Source: Balamuthia mandrillaris (Eukaryota). Taken from it: a DNA stretch of 27,089 bases. The notes below the pieces were generated by a model, which saw only the letters and a list, made by a program, of their open reading frames with translations, was not told where the DNA came from and ran no database searches. Position 1 is the stretch's first letter. Each line of letters opens with the position of its first letter. Positions 10,189 to 21,419 of this stretch are shown piece by piece. The translations under genes were made by a program, and so were the position numbers. The DNA is taken from NCBI GenBank assembly GCA_031835245.2, contig JAVKOQ020000016.1:372001-399089 (forward strand), given 5' to 3'.

Positions 10189-11894
10189 ACAGAGAGATGA
10201 GAAGGTTAGTGTAAAGTGGGGGATATTGATTGGCTTAGGCAGGATGGCGCAGAGCAATTCGTTACTCCGATCGAGAATGGCAGCGCAATGGCTAGAGGTA
10301 CTAAGCACCCATCTTTCTTATTTCTTGTTGTCACAACTCTTTGCTTATATCTTACCCCTTTCCTTTGCTCTTTTGTCTGCGAAGAGCTGTGAGGATAAAA
10401 ACCTTGTAATACGGCGAGCAGGGATCAAAGGATTGGGTCATGCCTGCTGTCCTATTGGCAGTATCCTTTTCCACTCCTCTTCCTTTCCTCTTCACTTCCC
10501 TCTGTGTGTTACCTTAACTTAAAAGACGTAAAAAATGATAAAACGTTAGAAAAGAAGTGCTATGAGGTTGCTTTGAAATTGCTACAGACTGGGGGCTGCG
10601 ACCTAGAAGCCATTGCAAAGAGAACAAAGCAGTGAGTAATCTTCATTTATCCATTCTTCTGCAAGATTTGTGTTAATTATCTTGTGAAGGGATCCTTGGC
10701 GCTGTGATGACGTTTATATGGTCCAATACTCAGCCACACAATGCCTTGGATTGTTGCTACGAAGCGATCCAGGTTTGTTTTCTCTATTTTTACGAACACA
10801 CAGTCTCCAGTGAAGCAATAATAATCATTTGTGGAAATAAATAAAGGTGAATGGTGGCCGAAGTTATTGCCAGTATTTCAAGAGGTTTTAATGAATCCGC
10901 GTTACTCATCGATGCTAAAAGCTAGTGTGCTACTTACCTACGGAAAAGTCGCCTACTTTATGGACAAAAGCAACCCTCATTTCCAAAGCATTGAGGTATT
11001 TTACTTTCTTTGGTTACATGGCTATGTTTCCTGAAGATTTTAGCATGTTTTTTTAAAACAGGATTTGCTGCTTCGGTTGAGTGTCAATGATCAGATCCTA
11101 GTCTCTGAGCCTGCCTGCTATGCTCTTGTGAACTTTTCTTTGTCTCATGAACAACTCGTGCGCCTCAACCAAATGTTTTTTACCAAATACTTTGAACCAG
11201 CCTAACTCTCTCTCCACCTCTCTCTCTCTCTCTCTCGCGCGCACGCTCTCTCTCCATGCAGTACTGGCATGTGAAGGATTTGTATAAAGAAAAGTTAGGC
11301 ATCAAGAATGGAGGTAGCATTTTCACAGCAACAACGGAAGCTCTGGCCTATCATCTCAAGAGCTGGTGCAAGCTGCTCACGCGAGACTATCACCCAGTGC
11401 TCAACCAATGCTCCAACGTTATTTCCTCTCATACCAACGAAGTGCTGCCGAAGCATCTTTTCGCGACCTCAGAAGAGAGTACGGATGACAACGGAACAGC
11501 TAGTCAGCCCAAGATGTTGGCAGCTGCGGACGATGATGACGAAGAAGACGGTCCTCGGCCACCTCAAGCAAGTGATGAGGTGAGTGCATCTAGCCAACAA
11601 GAGGTAATTATTTTACTCTCTGAACATTTGTTAAAAGAGGATTCTCATCTTTCGCCTTTTAGCCATCGCCGTCTCAACGCCCATCACCAACTCCATCATT
11701 AGCAGCTGAGTTTCAAGAAGCCACCGTTGGTGATATTGCACAGGATCACAACAAACTGTTGGAACTGTGCATGCTTTTCCCTGCTGTGCTGCTAGAATCT
11801 CTCATCATGCTCATGCAGGACAAGCGCTTATTTGACGACTCACAATTTATCAACAACCTCAAGTTTCTGCTAAAAGATTACAGGGTAGCTTGTG

Positions 11895-11937
<43 letters not shown>

Positions 11938-12848
11938 TCTCTGTGCACATATGCATCGCTTTGCCCACCACCATTTATCCCTATTAGTCACAAAGCGATC
12001 TGGAACTTGAACAAACTGGTATACTGAAGCATTTTGCTGCTCTTTGTGCCTTACCTCCTCTCTTGAAGGTTTCCACTTGCTTATGCCTTCTTTATCCATT
12101 GCATAAACACTCACTTCTCTCTCCCCCTATTCTACAGGAGGGCGTTGTTACTATGATGCGGTATCCCGAGACGTTAGACAACTCGCTTTGGATATCCAAT
12201 ATGAAGCATATCCTACCAGAAGCGTCAACTATACCTTCCAATAAAGGTGTTGCCCGTGCTGCTTCTTCATTAGCTGATCCTCGTCTCCGCCTAACATCTA
12301 CTTACACCCCTTCCTATTCAACGCCGACTTCAAAAACTATCACTGCCCCATCGAACTTAACCATAAAGGCCTCAACCTCTCAAACATCCCTGCACCCTCT
12401 GCAGAAAGAAGAAACAAAGCCCTCTGCTACTCCCTCTTCTTGCAATATAAAGGAGGGGTTGGCTGCAAAAAAACGTCCTATGGAACAGAAGCAAGAAGGT
12501 GGCTGTAGTTCACTGTTGTTGGCAGCTAAAGCCAGGGCCAAGGCCAGAGCGGAGGGCATCATTGCCCAACAGCGGATGAAGATGGCACAGCAAAAGAAAC
12601 TTGTTAAAACCTCTTCCTCTGAGCTCCTGTCTTCATCTCCTTCCACACAACACCCAACAACTGAAGCACCCTTTAAACGCCTCAAAAGCGATGATGGTCA
12701 CTTGAAGCCAGCAACCATCACCACCACTCCTCTCCAATCATTGCAACATCAAAAAGAACAGCAACAACCAGTTGAGCAACAATGTGTTGTCATCAACACC
12801 ACCAGCAATGACACTGACGCCAAAAAGAGAAAACGAGAGCCTAGCTAG
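8741..12848 (+). CDS. HEAT/ARM-repeat protein with P/Q/G-rich N-terminus and low-complexity basic C-terminus, ~12 exons
   Basis: GT-AG exons chain in frame (8741-9687, 9813-9906, 9967-10095, 10193-10297 ... last exon ending 12848). HEAT-like helices PRRYAVRSLGYM, VRKAAFCALSRIG, VKWGILIGLGRM, IRRAGIKGLGH, VQYSATQCLGLL, LKASVLLTYGKV. Confidence 0.75.
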
Positions 12849-12907
12849 TGAAAAGGTCCACTCCGATATGGGATGAAAAAAGCTTGTAAATAAAGGGGGT
12901 TGCTTAG

Positions 12908-13290
12908 TCAGTGCATCTTTACATTAATAGAGCAAAGAACATAAAAGTGACAAGTGACACAAAAGAAACAGATAGGTGACGGACCGAGCAAGAGAAAGAG
13001 AAGAGAGAGCGAGGAACTGCAAAGTACCGTAAATGGTCGGTGTCCTTCAATTGTTGGAAGATGTCTTGTAGGGAATAACGCAGTACTCCACTTTCGTACC
13101 TTCGCAGCACGGACCGTCAGCCTTTGTTCGTTGTTCCGCTTTGTCCACTTCCACCTGGCAGCCTGAAAGACGGCTGGAACAGAGGCCATGGAGATGATTC
13201 TGCTCAAGCTGTAGGCCGCAGTGAACCCAGACGTAGCTCACCTCCGCCCGACCATGAGGCCTGCTGCCCCAAGCCATAATCGGCGGCCAT
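12908..13290 (-). other. Possible small spliced transcript / micro-ORF
   Basis: Three donor-like sites (GAG|GTGAGC, AAG|GTACGA, ACG|GTACTT) with AG acceptors on the minus strand; splicing would give ~45 aa MAADYGLG..PFTMH. Confidence 0.2.
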
Positions 13291-13462
13291 GCATTATTTG
13301 CGGAGATTCAAGCATTGCTCCCCATTTATGGTAAGTTGGCTCGGGTGGTGTTTGGCGTGTCCTGGACGGGGCATGCTGCCGGAGAGAACACAGTGCACCC
13401 TTTTCACTACCTACTCACAAATCCCAGAAAAACAGGAGAAGACTAGCTGTCGGACGACAAAG

Positions 13463-15538
13463 ATGACTACCAAGAAAACGCTGCAGGGAAAATGTGTAGA
13501 CTTTCTTCGCTCACTCCCTGACGCCCAACAACAACAGGGTGTGTTGCTGGTAATGTTCTCCAAGAGGTTTCAATCATATTGTGGAACGGATTTTAAGGCG
13601 GAGTTGAAACGGAGACAGATAGGCAAGATGAAAAAGTTCTTTGCACAACACCCAGACAAGTTTCAAGTTTTTGGACCAGATTATGCGGTTAGGGTGCGCT
13701 TAGCAGAAACCAGCAAGCCGAAAGTCTCATCTGCAACAAAATCAAATACAACACCACCGGGTTCGTCATCTGCCGATTTGCAGTCTGCTTCCACTAACAA
13801 AAAAGTTCCGACGCCACCCGTTTGCTCATCACCAAACGTCTCAAAGGCGTCCTCCACTGGTTCCTCTTCTACCCCTGAATCGGCCACCTCGTCATCTGGT
13901 TCCAAGTCTCTTTGTGAGATAAAGGCACAACCGTCGTCACGAACGCCACCACCATCAGCTGCAATCCCAAAGCGAGGCAAGTACGTGCTTTTAGATACTG
14001 AAGCTAAAGTAAGAAATGCTATGCCGGTGCGTTGTACCTCCGTTTGTCAGCGATGACGAGCACAATTAATCTAAGTATTTGGTTGTACTAGGACCTGCAA
14101 AAGGCAGGGCGAGTTGCGGTGGACTGCGAAGGGGTCAATCTTGGTCGAGAAGGTCGGCTTTGCTTGCTTCAAGTGGCATTTGAAGCTCAAGCTGGTGGAA
14201 AGGAGAAAGCGCAAGACGAAAGGGAGGAAGCCAGTGTATCCGTGGAAACACAGGTGGTGATATTTGACCTTGTCCTTTTGCCGCAATTCCCATCTGAGTT
14301 GAAGTCCCTCTTGCAAGACGGGTCTGTACCTAAAGTTATGCATGATAGCAGAAAGGACACCGAAGCGCTTTACTTCCAGTACGGAGTCACCGTCAAGAAC
14401 GTCCATGACACGCAAGTAGCCTTCGGGTTGTTGGAAAGGCTTACCAACGGCATGTCTGGCCCGAGGATTGGCCTGGATACCCTTTTGAAGCGGTTTGGAC
14501 TTCCGGGCAAGGCCAACGCTGATGAGATCGCTAAGCGATGGAAACGTGACCCGCATGTTTTTGAAACTCGGCCTTTGGATGGACAGTTCCTCGACTACTC
14601 CGCAGCAGACGTAGCGTTTCTTCTTCCTCTTTATGACGTGCTGATGGAACGAAGTCAAGCTGCAGTATTCTCTGCAGAGGCGCGAGACAGCAATCGGAAC
14701 GCAGAGTTCTATTTACCGTCTACCTACTCTTCCGCGGCTTCGCTTCCTTTGGGTGCAGAGCTCTTTGTCACAAAAAAGGGGCTTGCAGCTTCGGCAATGG
14801 AGGCCATCAACATGAGCAGCATGGGAACCAACGAGGCAGCAACTCGCGAACTGGAAATTCTACTGTCAGCTCTTCCACCAGAGCTGGCAAATGTGGTGCA
14901 AGGAGAATCCGGACAGAAGGATTCTTCTATCCTGGAGATTGTGGTGGATTTGGGGCGGCCTGTCTGCATACGCTTCTCTAACGGAGAGGAAAGCCACATT
15001 GGAGAAGTGATGGTGCAGCCCGACCAAATCTTGCGTTCCATCTTCCGTGCCAAGTTCCCTACCTTTGAAGAACCCGCTGCTGGCGACACACATTACCTGT
15101 CTCAACTTTTGACTTGTGACAATCGTACTGGTCTTCGTGAGACACTCCACCGCATCAGCGCCATTAGAGGACGAGATGGGTCAGCTCTTGGCGTGACCAT
15201 TCGTGTAGGGAAGCAAATACCAGGAGTAGCCTATCTTCTGTTTGACATCCTCCAAAAGGTTTGTGATCTGGAAAAACCCAAATCCATCTTGTTGCTTGGC
15301 CGTCCAGGCGTTGGAAAGACGACTCTATTGCGAGACATCATTCACATCCTGGCAGAAGAGTTTCATAGAAGGGTCATGATTGTTGATACTTCTGATGAGA
15401 TCGCCGGAGATGGAGAAACACCACATGCATGCATTGGAAGAGCAAGAAGGTTTGTGGTTTCAGTTCTACTTATTCTCCCTGACCTGCTACTCACTCATTT
15501 TTAGGATGAGCGTGCAGGATAGGCAAGCTCAACATGAA
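13463..15538 (+). pseudogene. LOTUS/OST-HTH-like + DEDDy 3'-5' exonuclease (EXD1/Egalitarian-like) + ycf45/SpoIIIAA-type P-loop ATPase fusion, 3'-truncated
   Basis: Exons 13463-14026, 14092-15449, 15505-15538. Exo motifs VAVDCEG, KVMHDSRKD, VHDTQVA, RPL..LDYSAADV. ATPase motifs EIVVDLGRP, TLHRISAIR, LLLGRPGVGKTTLLRD, IVDTSDEIAGDG..PH..IGRARRM. Similarity stops after QHE, before the expected Walker B DEIG. Confidence 0.8.
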
Positions 15539-15664
15539 TGGAACTTCGTTTTTGTGAATCCCATTGATAGCATCCTCTCCTTTCCAATAAACCACATTGA
15601 AACCAGATCTGCATATCACTGCTGAACTTCCATCATATCAATCTACATTATGGATTTCTGGTGC

Positions 15665-16697
15665 ATTTCACGAGATAGTAGTGGTTGGAAGGTGGGCTGT
15701 CATGGTCAAGGACCTTTTCCACTTCAAAGTGCTTGTCTTCGACAGGAGTGTTGGGAACCACAGGCTTGAGAGCACTTGGAGGAACCTTGTCTGGGAGTAT
15801 GCCGCCAGTGATGTCTTGAAGGATGTAGGCTCCGTTATCAGTGCAGTGGTGGATAATGAAGGGACTGAGAAATTTGGGATCGGTTTTGGAGTTTGCTGAT
15901 GGGTTTTTCAGCATCACCTTGTCCCTAGGAGAGAAATGGGTGTTGAAGTGTTTTTCTACATTGGTGGAGTATTTGGCAACCTTTTCATAGATGGAGGGGT
16001 AGACAATTTGCAGCATGCCCTTGGTGAGAAATGATCTCATGAGGAGTTTTTAATTTGGATCCACTTATAGGAGACTTCTTCTGCAGATTTGTCCTTGAGA
16101 GGGCGGAGAATCATAAAATGTGTGGTGATGTCCATGATGATGAAGATGTACTGATAGCCCATGAAATCTATTTGCAAGGGGCTGTGATAAGGCTGGTAAC
16201 GAAACAACCCAACGGATACCAACTTGTTGTGTGCAGGGAAAAGACCTTTAATAGAATGAAAGAAAGAAATATATATACAAGGAGAGATAGGGATAGGTAT
16301 TATGGGAGAGTGGTATAACAGGGCCTGTAAGGTTGATGGCAATATGCTCAAAGGGAAAAGTAGCATGTATCAACTTGAGAGGGTGGAAGCTGAGTCATGT
16401 AATGTTGAAGCAAAGGTATTCCTTGCAATGGCATGCTGTGTTGTGGCAGTCATTGCAAATGTTGGGCCAGAAGTAACCTTCCTTAAGAACTTTGTGAAGA
16501 ATGCTTTCAGTGCCTTTGTGGTTGATGGAGTGGAGTTGTTCTAAGATTTGTTGATGTTTGTTAGGAGGAACTGTTTTGCTGAGAAGGTCCTTGATGAAGT
16601 CATTTAATATATATGAAGGAGCCAAGGGTTGGCTGTCATTAAGTTTGATGTTGTTGATTTTGGGCTTTAGGGCCAAAGTTTTGGTGTTCTGAGCAAC
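15665..16697 (-). mobile_element. Degenerate Ty3/Gypsy (chromodomain) pol fragment: integrase zinc finger, partial core, GPY/F region, chromodomain start
   Basis: HSINHKG..GYFWPNICNDC..C; FHPLK..FPFEHIAINLTGP; TKTDPKF-like SKTDPKFLSPF; FEVEKVLDH..YYLVK. Stops, internal deletion and a nested insertion. Confidence 0.85.
16183..16320 (-). mobile_element. 138-bp solo LTR with 4-bp TSD
   Basis: Minus strand TGTTATA...TATCACA; TSD GGGC (+ strand) at 16179-16182 and 16321-16324; internal TATATATA and ATTAAA. Excision restores the integrase frame LTGPLQIDFMGYQYI. Confidence 0.85.
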
Positions 16698-16845
16698 TTA
16701 GGTTAGGGTTAGGTGCGGGTACTCAGAACCTACGGCATTCAACTCCCCATGGTCCATTCTATAAAACTCTAAGTCTATAAGTCTAACGGATAAAGTGGGT
16801 CAAAGTAGCAATTTTTTCAATTTTCATATAGGAATACCTATATAA
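16698..16845 (+). repeat. Telomere-repeat-capped junction element, copy 1
   Basis: TTAGG-TTAGGG-TTAGG (16698-16713), then 69 bp (16715-16783) identical to 21178-21246, then ~60 bp of diverged similarity. Confidence 0.9.
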
Positions 16846-16846
16846 T

Positions 16847-17660
16847 CTAACAAGATATAATCATAAAAGCATCATCATCATCATCATCATTCTCCTTTGT
16901 CTTTTCCTCTTCATCCAAGATGGAAATAACTGTAGTGGTAGTAAAAGTAGGAGATGATGATGGGGAGGAAGTGTTGTCATTATCATCATCATCTGATTTG
17001 TCAAAGTCCTCATCGTGGACCACCAAGTATTTGGCCTTCAAAGTGTCCAGATTGTTGGAGAATTCTGTGAGGAGATTGCACCATTTATCATAGCAATCAT
17101 TGTTGGTTCGACATTGGGTAGGCAAGTGTTTGGCAATCTCCAACCAAGACCATTCATCATGCAAGTGCCAAGTGACAAGTGTACGGATTTCTGGTGCCTG
17201 CCAAGTGATCCGTTGTCAATGGCCATTCTTCCAATATTTGAATTGACTGGATAACAATTGTTGTCACTGAAGCGCTCTGCGAACTTGTTGTCGTCATGGT
17301 GTTTGTTTTTTCGAGTCAGGACTCTTGTCATCATCATCATTGAGAGAAGCAAGGGAGGAGGATGATTACTCTTGATGAGGGGTGAGGAATGCTTTGTGAA
17401 TGGGTGATTTATTGACCAACTTGGGAAGTATAGGAGCTACAAACTCATCCACCAGCTCATTCAAGCCACTGAAAAAGCTTTGTAGAATGTCAGAGATGTG
17501 TTGATGGCACAGCTGGCGATGAATATTGGGCCAACGAAGAGGAGATTTGTTTTTGGCCTCATAGGTGGCTGCAGCTTCAGCTAGCACATCCTTATCAAAC
17601 TCATCTGGATGATTTTCTACCCAAGCGATATAACATTCAAGCCACAAGAACACAAGAGAA
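16847..17660 (-). pseudogene. Myb/SANT (trihelix or telobox-like) DNA-binding protein pseudogene with acidic tail
   Basis: RITWQAPEIRTLVTWHLHDEWSWLEIAKHLPTQCRTNNDCYDKWCNLL (~17069-17212), in-frame TGA at 17216-17218 just upstream, further coding-like sequence at 17366-17653. Confidence 0.75.
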
Positions 17661-17929
17661 AATAATAGATTATTTTAGATATAACAAAACCATTTTAAAC
17701 CATTTTAAACCAAAAAAACCTTGCTTGACTGAAAAAGACTAAAAAAGACTAGTTTAGACCAAAAAAGCCCAAACAAAACCAAAGATGAAAAAAGATAAAA
17801 ATAGCCAAGATCAAACAGAAAAACCATTTCATACCAAGACTAAAAAAGACCAAACTAAACCAAAGGTTAAAACAAGATTTCAAGTTCATTCAAAGTATAC
17901 AAATGTAACCCAACTAGTTTGTATCTGCA

Positions 17930-18335
17930 AAGAGTGGAGAGCAGAGAGTGTAGACTGAAGAGGGAGAGTGGAGAGTGGAGAGTAGAGAGCAGAGAGCAGA
18001 GAGCAGAGAGCAGAGAGTAGAGAGCGGAGAGCAGAGAGTGGAAAGTGGAGAGTGGAGAGTGTAGACCAGGGAGCAGAGAGTGAAGAGCAGAGAGCAGAGA
18101 GCGTAGACTGGAGAGCAGAGAGTGTAGACGGGGGAGCAGAGAGCAGAGAGTGTAGACCGAAGAGCAAAGAGTGTAGACCCGAGAGTGGAGAGTGGAGAGC
18201 AGAGAGTGTAGACCAAAGAGCAGAGAGCAGAGAGCAAAGAGTGTAGACCAGAGAGTGGAGAGCAAAGACTGGAGAACAGAGAGCGTAGACTGGAGAGTGT
18301 AGAATGTAGACCAGAGAGCAGAGAGTGAAGAGTGG
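17930..18335. repeat. Compound minisatellite of AGAGCAG / GGAGAGT / AGAGTGTAGAC units
   Basis: Directly visible 7- and 11-bp units. Confidence 0.9.
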
Positions 18336-18399
18336 ATAGTAACACCTCAAGGTCTTTTGTTTTTCCTCTTTGCTAGGCGAGGAGCACTTTTTGAGGTGC

Positions 18400-18650
18400 A
18401 AAAAAAAAAGCAAACAACCAAACAAACAAACAAACAAAACAATGTTAGTTACTAAAACAATATGTTGAAAGAAGAAAAAAATAAACAAACCTTACAGGTT
18501 CTGTTTCTACAGTTGTTGCCTTTCTTTTCTTGGTATAGAAGTTGAAATCAATGAATGAAACAAGCAAACAAACAAACAAATAAACAAACAAACAAACAAA
18601 TAAACAAACAAACAAACAAACAAACAAACAAACAAACAAACAAACAAACA
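18400..18650. repeat. (AAAC)n microsatellites
   Basis: Tandem AAAC runs at ~18410-18440 and ~18560-18650. Confidence 0.9.
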
Positions 18651-18764
18651 ACCTTGCAGGTTCTTTTTCTGTAGTTGCTGTTGCCTTTCTTTTTGTGGAG
18701 TTGGGTTTGGACCTTGTAAAAAAATGTTAACAATCCAAAAAGAACACAACGAGGGACAACAAAC

Positions 18765-19155
18765 TGTTAGAACCTGAGCATAGAACCAAGACAGGAACCA
18801 AGAGAAAGATGGGAGCCAAATGTATTTAATGAGAGGAAGAAAACAAGTGTGTTTGTGAGTGTGTTGTTTCTTTGTTTGTTCATCTGTGTGTTCTTGGTTG
18901 TGGGAAAAGCATTTATAGTTGAGAAGGCAACCAAGGAAGGAAAGGGGCTCGGGGTTGGGGAGTGACTTCTTGGTTTCTTTGTTCTTAAGTTCTAGGCTTG
19001 GGAAAGTTCCAGGGAAGGCAGGAGAAAGATCTTCAGAATGGCTCAGTGTTGACATAAAAGATCGATGATAGCTGATGTGAGATTGTTGACAGAAAAGAGA
19101 AAAGAAACAAAGAAAGAAACAAAGAAAGAGTTGGTTATGTTGGCAGTTGCCAACA
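18765..19155 (-). repeat. 3' LTR (~391 bp) of the second Gypsy element
   Basis: Minus strand begins TGTTGG immediately after a polypurine tract and ends CTAACA; contains TATAAAT and ATTAAA; no PBS follows. Confidence 0.7.
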
Positions 19156-19170
19156 TCACTTCCTCCTCCA
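19156..19170 (-). promoter_or_regulatory. Polypurine tract of the Gypsy element
   Basis: GGAGGAGGAAG(TGA) between the chromodomain-ORF end and the LTR TG. Confidence 0.75.
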
Positions 19171-21159
19171 CAAAGAGGCGATTTTACCTTTCTTACGCAT
19201 ACGTTTCCAATAATTGTCAATAGTGCTGAGGTCGTCAAAGTGACTTGGAGGTTCCCAGGAGTCACCTCCAGGGCCGTAGCCTTTTCAGCAGACTAAATAC
19301 TCACAGTTGCGGGCAGAACCACGATGATTAACAATGAAGCGAACCTCATAGCGTTTCGAAGTGGGATCAGTGGAGTCCAAAGAAGAGGAAGGGGAAGAAA
19401 GTGGCTTTGGTGGATCAACTTTCTTCAAGAAGGAAGGTAGAACCGTATCAGGAACAGGTTGACCAGTGAGATCTTCTAGGCAGTAAGCACCGTGACAGGT
19501 ACGTTTGATGACTCGGAAAGGACCAAGGTACTTGGGATCAGTTTTGGTGTTAGCACCAGAGTTTACAAGCATTACAGTGTCACCAGGAGCAAAGGAAACA
19601 AGAGGAGCTTTCTTGTTGAATGAGTCAGCGATTTTGTTGTTATATTCTTCAGTGGCAAAGGCAGCAGAAGGCCAAACAAGAGAGTGAAGGTCGATAATCT
19701 GCTTTTGACGTTCTTCAGGGGAGAGCGCCGAAGAAGTAGAAGAAGAAAAGTTGTCTGGCAGGTTTGAGGGACGACTGAAGAAGAGCTTGAAGGGAGAGGA
19801 ACGATGACGAGAGGTGTAGCGATCATTGATACCTTTCTGTACAGCTGGAAGAAAGGTAGACCAGGAGGACCAGTCACCGTTGAGAAGTGTGAAGAGAAGA
19901 GATTTGGCCAGTTTAACGTGACTCTCAGCAGCACCGTTAGCTAGGTTCTTGAAAGCGGTCAATACAGCGTTGGCAAACTCTGTACCATTATCTGATTGAA
20001 TGATTTTGGGAAAACCAAAATCGCAAATAAACTGGTATAGAACTTGAGCAGTGGCAAGAGCGCTTTTGTCGGAGAGAGGTCGAAGAAGAGTGAAGCGAGT
20101 GGCCATATCAACTAGTAGGAAAAGCCATGTTCGTCAGAAGGAAGAGGGCCGAAGAGGTCGATAGCAATGTGATCAAATGGATAAGTAGCGGCAATGGTCT
20201 TCAAAGGATGAAAGCCATGTTTAGCCACGTTGAAGCATCGGCAAGCATCACAAGAGTGCGTGACGAAGTAACAGTCAGAGCAGAGAGAAGGCCAGAAGTA
20301 TCCTTCATTCCAAATTCGATTGAAGATATGGGAGGCACCTTCATGAGTTTCAGAGTGAAACTTTTGAAGAAGTTCTTGTTGTTGTTCCAACGAGGGGGCA
20401 GTCTTATCGTGGAAAGTCTTGATAAAGGCAGAAAGATCCTTCGACGGAGAAGAAGGAGGAAACTGATCAAGCTCAATCTGAAAAAGAGACGAGAGGGAAG
20501 ATGACTCAGGTGTAGACAAGGCGGAAGGCGAAGATGAGGAGGTCTTAGGAGTCAGAGTCTTTGCATATTGAGGGATTATCGGCCTGGTTAGACCAGCCAA
20601 ACCATCCTCTTCCCAAAAATTCTTCGGATAGAGTCAAGAGAGGCAGTCTTCAAGGATCATTTTGATTCCAGGACGATGGACAACGTCAAAGTTGTACTCG
20701 AGGATGATGTAGGCCCAGTTGTTAAGTATATAATTGGAGTGCTTGGAAGTGAAGAGATAAGTGAGAGCCTTGTGATCAGTGAAAAGGGTAAAGCAGCGAC
20801 CATAGAGCCAGCACTGAAATTGCAGAAGAGCAAAGACAACAGCAAGGAGCTCACGTTTCGTAGCCAGATAGTTGCGCTGGGCATCGTTGAGGGCACGGCT
20901 AGCAAAGGCAATGTAGTGACGTTGCTTGTCCGGGGTCTCTTGGTAGAGAACAGCACCAACACCATTCTGGGAGGCATCAGTTCCAACGAGAAAAGGGAGA
21001 TCAGGAGCAGGAATGCTCAAGACAGGAGGCGAACTGAGGATGCGGCAAAGAGCATCAATAGAAGCTTGACAATCAGCAGTCCAGAAGGGTCGGAGATCAC
21101 GGACGTATCGAAGAGTGTCAAGAGGAGCCGTAAGGCATGCAAAACGAGGGATGAAAGGC

Positions 21160-21309
21160 TTAGGGTTAGGGTTAGGGGCGGGTACTCAGAACCTACGGCA
21201 TTCAACTCCCCATGGTCCATTCTATAAAACTCTAAGTCTATAAGTCAATTGAATAAAGTGGCATAATGTTACGATTTTTTCAAATTTCTCATAGAAGAAC
21301 ATATTCAAT
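21160..21309 (+). repeat. Telomere-repeat-capped junction element, copy 2
   Basis: (TTAGGG)3 at 21160-21177, then the 69-bp block identical to copy 1. Confidence 0.9.
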
Positions 21310-21419
21310 ATGTGTTGCAACTAAGTGCTACACTGGTGGTTAATTGAACAGAAAGAAAAATAAAAAAAAGTGTTGTTCTGGCCAACTAATAAAAAGAAAG
21401 AACTTCTGGAATCTTGGTA

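Larger units (their letters stand above)
18765..21159 (-). mobile_element. 5'-truncated Ty3/Gypsy chromovirus-like LTR retrotransposon (RT thumb, RNase H, integrase, chromodomain, PPT, 3' LTR)
   Basis: FIPRFACLTAPL; TDASQNGVGAVL..AFASRAL..QRNY..RELLAVV..FTDHKAL; integrase H..H..C..C; AIDLFG, QSDNGTEF, GAAES; YEVRFIVNH..EYLVC*KGYGPGGDSWEP; several stops and deletions. Confidence 0.93.

Noticed and set aside
17867..18488. L/S/C-rich ORFs
   Set aside because: Translations of the minisatellite, open in several frames
18507..19265. 252-aa minus ORF
   Set aside because: Runs out of frame through the chromodomain tail, LTR and (GTTT)n; not a gene
21160..21246. Telomerase RNA or 5S rRNA gene on the minus strand
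   Set aside because: Three full repeats exceed a normal ~1.5-repeat template, no flanking sequence is conserved beyond the repeats, and 5S resemblance is limited to a few bases with no A/C boxes
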